Assembly (NCBI GenBank): GCA_051294375.1 | Contig: CM119264.1 | Location: forward strand, 12,402,263-12,466,262 | Source: Paraspadella gotoi | Taxonomy: Eukaryota > Animalia > Chaetognatha | Length of the DNA stretch: 64,000 nucleotides | Reading direction: 5' to 3' | In this document: positions 1 through 13,900 of the stretch, piece after piece | Layout: each line of letters opens with the position of its first letter | Numbering within the stretch: the stretch's first letter is position 1 | Notes under the pieces: generated by a model | Databases searched by the model: none | What the model saw: only the letters and a program-made list of their open reading frames with translations | What the model was told of the DNA's origin: nothing | Made by a program: the position numbers and the translations under genes

Positions 1-441
1 AGAGAGATCTCAGATATCACAGCCCTCAGCCAATAGGAGAGAGAGGAGAGCTGAGGGTCCTCAAGGGGTACTCAGGTTCCTTAGCCTTGCACCAATGAGA
101 TGCTCTATTTTATGTAGATGAGGAGGAAGGGTAGGCTAGGTTTTTCTATAAAAAGGAGTGTAACAAGGCTTCTGGGGGCAGTTCAGCGGCCTCCCAAGAA
201 GAAAGAAGAACAACTGCGCCCCAGCAAGACCAGCGGACCTCAGGACTCAGGATCATAGAGGAACTATGCCCAAATCTCCCTGGATAGGAAATCCTTTGCC
301 TGGCAACGGCCCTCACTGTTGGAAATAAAGGATGCTAATAAACTACAAATAAAACTCTAATAAAACGTTTTTCCTGATAGGAAAAAGTAGCTACTGGGTA
401 GTTGTAGGATTGATCTTTTTTGCGGCCCGAAATCCGCAACA
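1..441 (+). mobile_element. LTR-like segment (right part of a solo or 3' LTR), left end outside window
   Basis: U3-R-U5-like order: CCAAT boxes (about 30 and 92), TATA box TATAAAA (about 147-153), clustered AATAAA signals (about 324, 337, 348, 359), ending ...CCGCAACA at 441 before an abrupt switch to AT-rich DNA. No PBS follows and there is no partner LTR in the window. Confidence 0.4.
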
Positions 442-750
442 CGAGCGTTTTAATTTTTTAAACTAAATAAAACTTTAAAAATCATACCAGAAAGTTGGAA
501 ACGGTTATCAAGTTTCTGAAGTTAATTTCATAAAACATACGTAATTGAAATTAATTTTTTTTCCTAAGGTAAAACGAAATGGTTCTGCGCTTATGTTCAA
601 TTACGAGGAGAAAAGAAAACGGTGAAAAACCAAATCTTTTCAATTAAAAATAGAACAAGAATAATCAATTGATAATTTTATATGAAAATAATAATAAATA
701 CAATGATATTATAATTTATAAGTATGACTTATTATAAATTTATTTTTCCA

Positions 751-975
751 ATGACTCAGTTCGCGACGACGAGCCTGACTGAGGCGCAGCGGTGGTTGGA
801 TCGCCACAGAGACTACGTTCCCTACGCGGTGATCCCGATGACGGGGCCTTTTGCCGAAGACCCCGCCGGCTTGCCCCGCGATTGGCCGGGCGGGAAGGCG
901 AGGTGGTACGACAGGCACGTGAACGTTATGAAGAGGAGGTGTGTTCGCAATGAGAATGTCCCCGGATTTAATTAG
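751..975 (+). CDS. Possible small intronless ORF (74 aa from ATG 751), unknown product
   Basis: GC-rich, non-repetitive island whose edges coincide with the ATG and TAA in very AT-rich flanks. Protein is MTQFATTSLTEAQRWLDRHRDYVPYAVIPMTGPFAEDPAGLPRDWPGGKARWYDRHVNVMKRRCVRNENVPGFN. No family recognised. Confidence 0.3.
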   Translation: MTQFATTSLTEAQRWLDRHRDYVPYAVIPMTGPFAEDPAGLPRDWPGGKARWYDRHVNVMKRRCVRNENVPGFN

Positions 976-2145
976 TTTTGATCCAACTCTTGGAATCTGC
1001 GTCGTTTTATCGCGAAGATTTTAGTTTTTTTGGGAAACGATCGAATTCTATTAGTATTAGGATAAAAAATAATCTGTAAAAAATATATATTTGTAAAAAA
1101 AAGACAAAAAAAAATCCATTTAATCAGACCTTTATGACGTTATAGCAGTCATAAACCAAAACTTTTAGCACAAGTGACAACGTTTTTCAAACTCTTTTAC
1201 AATTGTGTAAAAACCAACGTAATAATTATAGTTTTTTTGATGCTTTAATTAGTTCCCTCTTGTACTAACATAACTCAGTTTTCGCTGTGGAAATATTTTT
1301 CTGAGTTAAAAATCGAAACCAAAAAAATCATCGTTGTTGTTGTTGTTAGTCTGTCGTCGTTGTTGCCCTCTTCTGCGTTAGCGACCTCATCGAGATTCTC
1401 CGCAGTCGCCTCGACTCACTTCATCCTCATCTTCATTCTTCATTCTCTCTTTTCCTCTTCATTGTTCATTCTCTCCTACATCTTTTCTTCATTCTCTCTT
1501 TTCCTCTTCATTGTTCATTGTTTCCTGCTTCCCTTCCTTTTAAAATCCTTTTCGCCCGATCCTTCGCATTCTCTCCTCTCACCTTAAAAACTCTTCACAA
1601 TCTACGACACTTTTCCTCGCCATGTTCTTTTCTATTCTCACAGCGAAACACAATTTCCAAAATCTCTCCCTCGTCCCATTCACTCACCATCTCCTTCCTT
1701 CTCACACGCTCTCCCCTTCCAATTGCATCTCACCTTCTCTCACCAATTCCTTCCGAATCGCATCTCACACTTTCTTCCCTTAATCCATCTCACTAGCTTT
1801 TCACGCCCTCTTCCCTTTCCCCTCCTCTCTCCCTTCTTACCACCCTCTCCCTCCAAATCGCTTTCATGACCCTCTTCCCCTCCCTGTCCTTCAACCTCTC
1901 CCCCCTACGTTTTTCCGCTTTCATGAATTTTAAGAAAGCCCCTCGCTTCGGCACTTGTGTCGGCGGCGTCGTCGGCCCCGATCTTTTCGTTTTTTCTCTG
2001 CTTCCATTAGTTTTTCGACATCACCGTCAGAGTCGCCGGCGTCGTCGTCGTCGTAGCCGCCGTCGTCAGTCGATTCAGAGCACGTGCCCCTTCGCTTTGT
2101 CTCGGAATTTTCTTTTTGGCGTTTTGGTGTGATATATTATTGAGA

Positions 2146-2146
2146 A

Positions 2147-2231
<85 letters not shown>

Positions 2232-2300
2232 TAGTGAAGTAGAGGAAGAAAGAAGAGAAAGAAAGAAAGAAGAAAGAAAGAAAGAAAGGAAGGAAAGAGA
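2146..2300. repeat. (AG)n microsatellite followed by (AAAG)-like tract
   Basis: Directly visible; one of many AG/CT tracts in the window. Confidence 0.9.
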
Positions 2301-2674
2301 AAAGCATTTTTGCTAATCGATTTTCGAAGGGCAGCGTGTCCATAGAAATGGCCTAATTAAGGTGAAGCAACCGAAGAAGTCGAAAGGACTAAAGTCGGAG
2401 GTGGAACTGCGTCGTCGTCGCCGTCGTCATCATCGTCGTCGTCGTCAACGTTGTCGCTGTCGTCTTTAACGTCGTCGTCGTCGTCGTCGTATTTTTCTTT
2501 AGCCAGTTGGGCGGAGCGATCAAGGGAATCGTCTTGTGCTTTCTCCGTCGTCTGTGCAGTCGTTCTTGAAAGAGGAGATACTAGTAATAATCAAATAAAA
2601 CAAACGTCAAATTTCAAAAAATCTTCCTCGGCCATGCTCTCTCTCTCTCTCGTCTCCTCACCGAGCTCTCTCCT

Positions 2675-2739
<65 letters not shown>

Positions 2740-3946
2740 TATTTTTAAAGGCGATACTGTCCTTTCTTCTCTGTCTCTGAATTTAGGTTNNNNNNNNNNN
2801 NNNNNNNNNNNNNNAAGGCGTAAAGTCTCAACGATGGTCAAGGTGAGGCAAAAGAAAAAATGTCAAGAGCCAATCATCCCAATCCTCGGCTACAGTATTT
2901 GCATAGAATAAAGAAAAGGATTTTCGGCGAAGAAAAAGAGGGAGAGATGAAGCGAGGAGGGGGAGAGAGCTGGCGCGGAAGTCGTTCACCGGAAACGTTT
3001 AAAATTCGCTCCGCATAAAAGATGGAATCCAGAAACGCGATCTTTGGNNNNNNNNNNNNNNNNNNNNNCTCTCTCTCTCTATCTCTCTCTCTCTCTTCCT
3101 TCTTCAGAGGTCAAAGAAGCACTCAACCTCGGTCATTTCCTAATCCAGTCTCAGGCGTCTGCTTCGTGGTTCACTGTATGGAGGGTCAATTTAATAGTTG
3201 TTATAGTTATAACTAAAATATAAGTAATGGTCACTTTGGTCAGATAATAATCTCTCGAGTATATGAAATAATTAGAAAGCACAGATATTCCTTTTCCGTT
3301 GCCTAATGAATGAAATCATGTATTCTTTTTCTGCTTATGGTGAGGTAGCATATACGTAAGACCGTGCAGATCCTATTATTTTTTTGTGGTTTTAGTAAAA
3401 CCTGTTAGTGTAAATCCCTGAATAAAAGGCTTTCAGAAATGAATATTATGTTGTAATATGGAAATGAGTGGTTAAAAAAATGAATTAAGGCCACTGAAGC
3501 AACATTTAAATGTGGACAAAGTGCGTTTGTACATACTTCTAAGTTTTTCTTATCAATCAGTAACCCCCTCTCTACCTCGTTTTCGCTCTCCCTCTCTCTT
3601 TTCCTCTTTACCCTATAGAACATACAGCGCACGTAAGAAAGAAAGAATGTAATCTATTATCAATTGCTTTCTCTCAACCTCGTCCGGGGAGAAAAAGTAA
3701 GGACAGCGCTCGGATTGGTTCGCGGCTGCCAGGGCGTTTTGTGAGAAAAAGCGACGGAGATGGGTGAGGCAGAGGAAAGGTGAGGTAAGTTATCGGTGTG
3801 GGTGGGATGAAGGAACTGGAAGGTTGGTTGGGACGAGGAAGAGAAAAGAGGAGAATAAAGGAAATTCATCAGACAACACTCATGAATGAATCCAAACATT
3901 TCACTCGGTAGAATGGAAATATGCACGATGAATATCTAGGCTCCAA

Positions 3947-3984
<38 letters not shown>

Positions 3985-5321
3985 CTCCTCTCTCTTCTTC
4001 TTCTTCTTTCCTGCTCTCTCTTCTCTCTCTCTCTCTCTCTCTTCTCTCTCTTCTCTTCTCTCTCTGTCTCACTCTCTCTCTGACCATGCGCTTTCCAATT
4101 TATGAGATATGTGAAAATAAAAAACTGACGGTAAATACTTAAAAACCAAAACCACCAAAATCGAAAATATAAAAAATTCTTCCAGTTCTAGTGAAACTTA
4201 AGTTTTTTATCTCTTTTTCCATTTGATAGAAAGACGCTTCACCATTTTTTCTGTCATCTCCTTCGTCACTTTTTTTTTCCCTTTTTTTTTTTCCTTTTCC
4301 TCCTTTTTTCGCGCAGCCGCCAATTCTTTTACGTACGAATAGTTTCCGATCCCTCACCTGAATTTCCTTGCCATATCCTTTCCTCTTTTTGCCCTTTTTT
4401 TGGGGGGGGTTTGTCTTTTTTCTTCTTTTGCTCTTCCCATTTCTTTCTCCTTTTCGACCTTTCGATCTCCCGTGTCGTCGTTTTCTCTCCTCTCTTCTTC
4501 TTCTTCTTCTTCTTTTTTTTTTCTCTCTAATTTCTTTTTCATTTTCTTGCAAAGGAAACTCGAGCTTAAACGAGATCGAAAAAAAAATAGCGAAATAGTA
4601 AGTGAAAATAAAGAGAACCAAATAAAAAGGGCTGAATGATAGATAAATTGATCTCTTTCGTCTCTTTTAATTATTCTGTCGATCGAGATATTTTAATTTA
4701 TCCGATTTAGGTGTTATTAGGTTATTATTATTATTCAGTACTCGGTATGACTCGTGTTTATCTACTTCTCGTCATCGACATCTTTATTCATGATTTATTC
4801 TTCTCCTTTCGTCCTTCCGATTTTTCTTCGTATAATTTCTTCCTTTTCTTTCCTTTCCCCAAATTTCCTTCTTCTTCCAATTTCCTATTTTTCTTTCTGT
4901 CCATCACCGATTTTTCTTCTCCTCTTCTCCTTTCCGCTCTTGCCTTCCTCGGTCTTGTTCTTTCGAAACCCAATTTCTAAATAGTACGGAACGACACTTG
5001 ATTCGGCCTTTTTTCTCCCATTTTTGAGACTTTGCTTACTTTTCCCTCTTTCCTTTTTACTTCTTTTCCTTTTCGAGTTTCCTCCTCCGCCCAATGACCG
5101 CGAATTAACGATTCGATAAATTGAATCATCGAATCTCTAATTTGCCGAAACTATCCAATTACGAAAATAATTTTCGCCACTTTCTCTCTCTTTTCTCCTC
5201 CGAAGATCTAAAAAAAAGAAGAGAAAGAAATGTCTTACGTTTCTCTCTCTCTCCTTCTCTCTCTTCTCTCTCTCTCTCTCTCTCTCTCTTCTCCCTCTCT
5301 CTCTCTCCTTCACCCTCTCTC

Positions 5322-5371
<50 letters not shown>

Positions 5372-5947
5372 CTCTTCTCTCTCCTCCTTTCTTCTCTTTT
5401 TCTTCTTCTCTCATTTTCATTTTTGCATTGATGCCCCGGTCCCTAATTGCTCATCGGAAAGCGAAAACCTTGGAGGTCGAAAAAACCATTTAAAAAGAGA
5501 TGAGGATTTGACCGTGACTGAGTCCGAGTCCCGATGCGAGCGTTCGCATCCATCCTCCAACGGTGGGGTTCGTATCCTTTCGCGGGGGAGTAGGGTTCGG
5601 ATCTTCTTACGAATCTACACTTAAAGAACGAGCATCGATCGCGTGATCCGTCGATTCTGGGATTCAATTATGCGTGCGCCACTGCGCGACATTCATGGAC
5701 GCCATTCAATGACGCCAGTGCCATTCTTTACCATCGACGCCATTGTTGCCCTCGATTGCCATTCAATGCGCTCGATGTTATTGAATCCATTCCGTGGGTT
5801 GGGACTGGGATTTTTCTTGTCAGTATTAAAAGTTGTTGTCGTCGTTCTTGAATGAAACGTCAATTATCTCGATTCTTTGCCTGAATAGAACGGGCTTCTC
5901 TTTGGCCCTCTCTCTCTCCTCTCTCTCTCTCCATCTCCTTCCTCTCT

Positions 5948-5985
<38 letters not shown>

Positions 5986-7976
5986 GCTCCCTCTTTCTGC
6001 CGCTCCCTAAATTTCGTTGAGTCTGACCTGAGAGAATGAAGCCATTAGAGAGATTCGCAAGGGGCGTCCTCGACGCCCTCTCTGCTCTCTCTCTCTCTCT
6101 CTCTCGTTGTCTGTCTTTTTAGTCGCCATCTTCGTCGTCAATATTTCTCCTCTTTTTCGTCGTCACGGTCTACATCATTCACGTTTTCTTCTTTATCCGC
6201 ACTTCTCCGTGCAAGAATCGTCGTCGTCGCGTTCGTCGTCGTCGTCCTTCACGCCACCAAAAGGACCTCCTTTCTCCTTCTGCCCATTTCGCTTTGACCT
6301 CATCCTTTTTGTGTTATGGATACACACTCGGTCTCCTCTCTCTCTCTCTCTCTATCTCTCTCTCTTCTCTCTCTCTCTTTCAGTCTCTCTTCTTTTCCTA
6401 GTCTCCCTTGCAAGCTCGTTTTCTCTCTCTCTCTCTTGCTTTCTTTTCATCTTTGTATTTCTCTCCTTCCCCTGTGAAATTCTCCACGGTTTTTCCAAAA
6501 GACGAGGCCAGGAATTCTTGGCAAGAAGATGAATAGAAAAAAGAAGACAGACAAACAAACAGACAGAAAGTCAGACAAAAACAACAATAAAAAGATGCTA
6601 AAAAAAATCACAGCGAGAGGTTTGAAACATAATATACAAATTGTCTCATGAAAGTAGATCGAACTAAAACAATTTTCTCAGCACAACAAGAGAAAAGTTC
6701 TTTTTTTTCAGAAAAAAGATTAAAACCTTCGGAGGTATAATTTAAACTAAATTTTATTGCTATTTTTGTTTTTTAAAAATGTTCTTTTTTGTGTATCGCC
6801 CTCTGGTTTATTAAGACTAAAAACATATAAAAATTTTGCTATTTGTAAAATGCCAATGCAAGTGAATATCAGTGGGTGCAGACAGAAGAGCAAATTTTCT
6901 ATAGAAAATAAAGCGGAAAATGCTTCATTAAAGTCATAGTTAGAAAAATAAGAGTTCAAATCCTCCTTGTAGGAAGGAAAAGTTATTATACGACGGAACA
7001 AAAAAATTATTTCAGGAGTTTAAATGATTACAAAATATAGTAGGGCTGCGAATCGTTTCGAATCGACAGTTCTTGATTCAAGATTCCTTTATATTTTACT
7101 TCTATTCAAAAACTTTGCATAGTCAAGGCCCATATAAAATTATATCAATATGCGGGTAGATTTCGGAAAGCTTAGCGTCATTGGGAAGCCAACGGAGGTA
7201 GAGCGCGATCGAAAATTCCCATTTTATCATGCCCAAAAATTGGTATTTTAAAATGAACTTGGTCAGACCTTTTGCCCTTTTCCCAAAACACCTGCTTGAA
7301 TCTTTGTAAAATAGAACAAAAATTCTATCATATCAGATGTATCGCGATAGCTTATTGTCTTTCTACTACTAGATAAATAGGAAAGAAAAGTTTAAATTCT
7401 GCAATCTTGAATGCTGATAAACAATCAAATGAACTGGTTTTTTAGAGGTTGAAAACTGCATAGTCAAGCCTTCAATTTTTGTTGTTTCTTAAGACCATGG
7501 AAAGAAATTAAACTAATGTTTTTACTATCTGTTTCAGTGTAGAGCGCAGGGCGCGTTAAATATTTAGAAGAGTTTATATTAAAATTTAGAGCAAATAGAA
7601 AGGATATCCAAGTTTTTGCACGCTAAAAGCTTTTTTTAAGCGCGTCCCGGTCGTGTATTTGAAAATGTCGTATGACGTAGGTTTATCAATGAGGACAATT
7701 CAATTAAAAATAAGCAATGATCATGCGCGATCCGGGCCAGATAAAATACCATATTTCCAACATGGCTTTACCGTATTTTTTACTTTTTAAACGCAGCTTA
7801 TGAAATGTTTTGAATTTCACGCCTGTTGATATTGGCTGCCACCGTTCTAGGCGTCGTTTGTCCCTTGTTAGTCTCTTTATTCTTTATCTCTTGAAGAGAT
7901 ATTAAATATTGTTAGTGATAGTGACAAAACCGTTCAATAAAATCTTAAAAGGCAATAGGATCGAGACCTACTTTTA

Positions 7977-8210
7977 ATGATAACCAAATATTGATTGCGA
8001 TGATAACCAAATATTGATTTTGCGATGATAACCAAATATTGATGCGAAGATAAGCCGAAGGATTGATGCGGCATTGATACCAAATGATGGATTGCCGATC
8101 TGATAGTCATTCATTGATGCGATGATAATCATTCAGTTGATGCGATGATTAGTCTCTCACTTGATCGCGATGATAATCATCATTTGATGCGGATTGATAG
8201 TCCATTCATT
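7977..8210. repeat. Degenerate minisatellite, about 21-bp unit GATGATAACCAAATATTGATGC
   Basis: Several visible tandem copies that decay rightwards; mirrored at about 13285-13515. Confidence 0.8.
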
Positions 8211-8216
8211 GACGTG

Positions 8217-9545
8217 ACTTTGAAAAAAAGTATGCATATTTTTAAAAAAAAGTATGCAATTTACTTCAAAAAGTATGCACTACTTTTGAAAAAAAATATG
8301 CCTTTTTCAAAGTATGCATACCTTTTTTCAATGTATGCATACTTTTTTACAATTGTATGATACTTTTTTCAAAGTATGCATACTTTTTTGAAAGTATGCA
8401 TTACTTTGTTTTAAAAAATATGCATACTTTTTTTCAAAGGTATGCATTACTTTTTTCAAAGTATGGCATACTTTTTTTTGAAGTCATGCATACTTCTTTT
8501 AAAATATGCAGTACTTTTTTCAAAAGGTATGCATTACTTTTTTTCAAAGTATGCATACTTTTTTCAAAGTATTGCATACTTTTTTTCGAAGTATGGCATT
8601 ACTTTTTCAAAGTATGGCATACTTTTCAAAGTATGCATTACTTTTATGAAGTATGCATACTTTTTTAAAAAAATATGCATACTTGGTTTTAAAAATATGC
8701 ATACTTTTTCAAAGGTATGCATACTTTTTCTTAAAGTATGCCATACTTTTTAAACCTGTTTTCAAAGTATGCATACTTTTTTCAAAGTATGCATACTCTT
8801 TTGAGAGTATGCATACTGTTTTTTCAAAGTATGGCATACTGTTTTTTTCAAAGTATGCATACTTTTTCAATGTTATGCATACTGTTTTAAAGATGCATAC
8901 TTTTTTTAAACTTTTTTCAAAGTATGCACTACTCTTTTGAAGTATGCATACTTTTTTCAAAGTATGCATACTTTTTTTCAAAGTATGGCATTACTTTTTT
9001 CAGTATGAGTATGCATTAACTTTTTTTCAAAGTATGCATACTTTTTTCAAAAGTATGCCATACTTTTTGAAGTATGCATACTTTTTAAATATGCTTACTT
9101 TTTTTCAAAGTATGCATACTTTTTTCAAAGTATGCATACTTTTTTCAAGTATGCATACTTTTTTCAAAGTATGCAACTTTATTACAGTATGCTCTTTATA
9201 CAAAGAATATGAACAACTTTTTTGAAGTATGCATACATTATTTTTAAATATGCGTACTTTTTTGAAGTAATGCATACTTTTTTAACTTTTTTTCAAAGTA
9301 TGCATTTACTTTTTTCAAAGTATGCATACTCTTTATGATTATGCATACTTTTTTCCAAAGCTATGCATACTTTTTCTAGTATGCATACTTTTTAAAGTAG
9401 GCATACTTTTTCAACTTGCATACTTTTTTCAACTTGCATATCTTTTCAACTGCCATATCTTTTTTCAACTTGCATCTCTTTCAACTTGCATATCTTGTTC
9501 AACCTTGCATATCTTTTCAACTTGATTATTCTTTTAACTTGATTT
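8217..9545. repeat. Satellite array, about 20-bp unit TTTTTTCAAAGTATGCATAC, grading into TTTTCAACTTGCATATC units
   Basis: Dozens of tandem units with the palindromic core GTATGCATAC. It produces the spurious KYAYFF/SMHTFF/VCILF ORFs. Confidence 0.95.
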
Positions 9546-10842
9546 ACCGCTAAATTATCTTAGTACACCAATCCGAACATTGTTTTGCTCCAAACTTTGT
9601 TCCTATAATAAAAAAATAAGCCGGATTCAGATATGACAAATTTTAAATATTAAACTATCGTCATCATCATTAGTTTAATTATATATATAATTCATTGCAT
9701 CAATTACTTACCATTATCAATCATTATCTTTTAATTATAGTTTTATTGCTATCATATTAAAATTCTGTTATTCATAAAATATAAAATAAGAATGTCAAAA
9801 AATGAAACAAATTAATCGTGAAGTCGTGGACGGAAGGTGAATCAGATCTTGAATTAACCGATATTAAATGAGTTAATTTAATGTAGTAGTTGAATTGCTG
9901 GTAAGATCAGTCCATATACTTTTCAATTTTTTACTTCTTTGCGCTCTCTTGTCTTTTCCCTTTTTTATTCTTTTATAATTATGTTATTTTTGTGATTAAT
10001 TTGTAAGGATTCTTTTTTCCGGGCTTCGGCTTATTCTATTTTCTCTTATGAGCGCCCGGTTTCGCGCAATCCGCTACTTATCCGGTTTAAAGCGTTAGTA
10101 CTTACGTAGTTCCAAATCCTGTTATTGGAATCAAAACGAGTTCGATTTTTAATGCGAAAGTTTGATCGATTGAAGGCGCGAAATTTTCGCGACTGTTTTA
10201 TTGCCATAACTATTTGAAACGGAATTATCCGTGAATTTTTAATGAAATTTCTGCATATAGATAGTATTTTAAATTCCCTATTCGATCGCGTACCAAATTT
10301 ATTTAAAAATACTCAATAGTTTAGAAACGATAGCACATCCACCCAAAATAAGAATAGATCATTGAGGGAAACAAAGAAGTAAAAGGCGAATGGCAGAGAA
10401 GAGAGAGACCCGAAGAGAGGAGAGAAGAAGAGAGAGAGAGAGAGAGAGAGAGCAGACAGAAGAGAGAGACGAGAGAGAGAGTAGGAGATGAGGAAAAGAG
10501 AGAAGATAGAGAGAGAAAGAGACGATCGAGAGAGAGAAGGCACGAGAGAAGGGAGAGAGAGAGAGAGAAGAAAGAGAGAGAGAGAAACCCTGCATGCGGA
10601 GGACTCTAATTACCTACAAAAATTCTAGTCAGAGAGAAAGTTGATATTTCAAAAAAATCACATCAAGTCGTCCCTATGCTTTTCATATCGCGAATATGTT
10701 CTTTTTGCGCATTCCACGGAGTTTGGATGCGAGAGAGAGATAGATGAGAGCGAGAGAGATGAGAACGCAGAGAGAGAGAGAGAGAGACGAGAGCAGCCAG
10801 AGCAGGAGCAAAGAGACNNNNNNNNNNNNNNNNNNNNNNNNN

Positions 10843-10929
10843 TAGGGAGACTTGATGTGATTTTTTTGAAATATCACTTTCTCTCTGACTAGAATTTTTG
10901 TAGGTAATTAGAGTCCTCGCATCAGGTTT

Positions 10930-10966
<37 letters not shown>

Positions 10967-13900
10967 TCTCTCGTGCCTTCTCTCTCTCGATCGTCTCTTT
11001 CTCTCTCTCTCTTCTTCTCCTTTTCCTTCCTCATCTCTCTCTCTCTCTCTCTCTAGTCTCTCTTCCAATCTTCTCTCGTCTCTCTCGCTCTCTCTCTCCA
11101 CTCTCCTCTCTCTCTTCTTCTCTCCTCTCTTCGTCTCCATCTTTCTGCATTCCTTTACTTCTTTGTTTCCCTGCAATGATCTATTCTGTATTTTGGGGAT
11201 GTGCTATCGTTTCTAAACTATTGAGTATTTTAAATAAATTTGGTACCGATCGATAGGGGAAATTTAAAATACTATTATATGCAAAATTCATAAAATACGA
11301 TAATTCCGTTCAAATAGTTATGGCAATAAAACAGTCGCAGAAAATTTCGCGCTTCAATCGATCAAACTTTCGCATTAAAATCGAACTCGTTTTGATCCAA
11401 TAACAGGATTTGGAACTACGGTAGTACTAACGCTTAAACCGGATAATAGCGGATTGCGCGAACCGGGCGCTCATAAGAGAAATAGAATAGCCGAAGCCCC
11501 GGAAAAAAGAATCTTACAAATTAATCACAAAGATAAACATAATTATAAAAGAATAAAAAAGGGAAAAAGACAAGAGAAGCGCAAGAGTAAAAAATTGAAA
11601 AGTATATGGACTGATCTACCAGCAATTAACTCTACTATTAAATTAACTCAATTTAATATCGTTAATTCAAGATCTAGACTTCACCTTCCGTCCACACTTC
11701 ACGATTAATTTGTTCAATTTTTGACATTCATTTTTATATTTTATGAATAACAGAATTTTAAATAGATAGCCATAAAACTATAATTAAAAGATAATGATTG
11801 ATAATGGTAAGTAATTGATGCAATGAATAATAATAATATAAACTAATGATCGATGACGATAGTTTAATATTTAAAATTTGTCATATCTGAATCCGGCTTA
11901 TTTTATTATACAAAGTTTGAGCAAATACAATGTTCGGATTGGTGTACTACAGATAATTTAGCGGTAATCAAGTTAAAAGTATCAGTTAAAAAGATAGCAT
12001 GCAAGGTAAACAGAATATGCAAGTGAAAGAGAATGCAGTTGAAAAAGATATGCAGTTGAAAAAGATATGCAAGTTGAAAAAAGTATGCAAGTTGAAAAAT
12101 ATGCTACTTTAAAAAGTATGCCAATACTATTTGGAAAAAAAGTTTTATGCATAGTCTTTGAAAAAAGTATGCATACTTTGAGTCATACTAAAAGAGTATG
12201 CATACTTTGAAAAAAGTAATGCATAACTTGAAAAAAGTTAAAAAAAGTATGCATTACTTCAAAAAAAGTACAGCATATTTTAAAAAAATGTATGCATACT
12301 TCAAAAAAGTTGTCTTCTTTGATAAAGAATATGTAATAGTTGCATACTTTGAAAAAAGTATGCATACTTGAAAAAAAGTATGCATACTTTGAAAACAAGT
12401 ATGCATACTTTGAAAAAAGTAAGCATATTTTAAAAAGTATGCATACTTCAAAAAAGTATGCATACTTTTGAAAAAAGTATGCATACTTTGAAAAAAGTAA
12501 TGCATACGAAAGCTATTGCCAACAGTATGCATACTTGAAAAAAGTATGCTACTTTGAAAAAAGTTATGCATACTTCAAAAGAAGTATGCATACTTTGAAA
12601 AAAGTTTAAAAAAAGTATGCATCTTTAAAGAAGTATGCATACATTGAAAAAAGTATGCATAACTTTGAAAAAACAGTATGCCATACTTTGAAAAAAGTAT
12701 GCAACTTCAAAAGAGTATGCATACTTTGAAAAAATATGCATACTTTGAAAACAGTTTAAAAAAGTATGCATACTTTAAGAAAAGTATGCATACCTTTGAA
12801 AAAAGTATGCATATTTTTAAAACCAAGTAAATACATATTTTTTAAAAAAGTATGCAATACTTCATAAAAGTATGCATCTTTGAAAAAGTATGCATACTTG
12901 AAAAAGTATGCCATACTTCAAAAGTATGCAATACTTTGAAAAAAGATATGCATACTTTGAAAAAAGTATGCATACCTTTTGCAAAAAGTATGCATATTTT
13001 AAAAGAAGTATGCATGACTTTCAATAAAAGTATGCATACTTTGAAAAAATATGCATACTTTGAAAAAAAGTATGCCATATTTTTAAAAAAAGTAATGACA
13101 TACTTCAAAAAGTATGCATACCTGCTTGAGGAAAAGTATCGATAATTGTAAAAAAGTATGCATACATTGAAAAAGGTATGCATACTTTGAAAAAGGCATA
13201 TTTTTTTCAAGTATGCATACTTTTTTGAAGTAAATTGCATACTTTTTTTTAAAAATATTGCATACTTTTTTAAAGTCACGTCAATGAATGACTAATCATC
13301 GCATCAAAATGATGATTATCATCGCGATCAAGTGAGAGACTATCAATCGCATCAACTGAATGATTATCATCGCATCAATGAATGACTATCAGATCGGCAT
13401 CCATCATTTGGTATCAATCCGCATCAATCCTTTGGCGTTATCTTCGCATCAATATTTGGGTTATCATCGGCAATCAATATTTGGTTATCATCGCAATCAA
13501 TATTTGGTTTATCATTAAAAGTAGGTCTCGATCCTATTCGGCTTTTAAGATTTTATTGAACGGTTTTGTCACTATCACTAACAATAATTAATATCTCTTC
13601 AAGAGATAAAGATAAAGAGACTAAAAGGGACAAACGAGCTAGAACGGCAGCAATATCACAGGCTGAAATCAAAAATTGTCATACAGCTGCGTTTAAAAAG
13701 TAAAAAATACGGTAAAGCCATGTTGGAAATATGGATTTTATCTGGCCCGGATGCGCATGATCAATGCTTATTTTTAATTGATGTCCTCATTGATAACTAC
13801 GTCAACGATTTAATACAGACCGGGAACAGCGCTTAAAAAAGCTTTTAGCGTGCAAAAACTGATATCTTTCTTATTTGCTCTAATTTTAATATAACTCTTC

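Larger units (their letters stand above)
4030..10676 (+). repeat. Left arm of about 6.5-kb inverted repeat
   Basis: Reverse complement matches 10843-17274 along its length, e.g. 4081 TGACCATGCGCTTTCCAATTTATGAG vs about 17200 CTCATAAATTGGAAGCGCATGGTCA, and 10601 GGACTCTAATTACCTACAAAAATTCTAGTCAG vs about 10886 CTGACTAGAATTTTTGTAGGTAATTAGAGTCC. Differences are mainly small indels. Confidence 0.95.

Noticed and set aside
8145-13279. KYAYFF/SMHTFF repeat ORFs and a possible CRISPR-like array
   Set aside because: Translations of a 20-bp satellite; units abut with no unique spacers and there are no cas genes.
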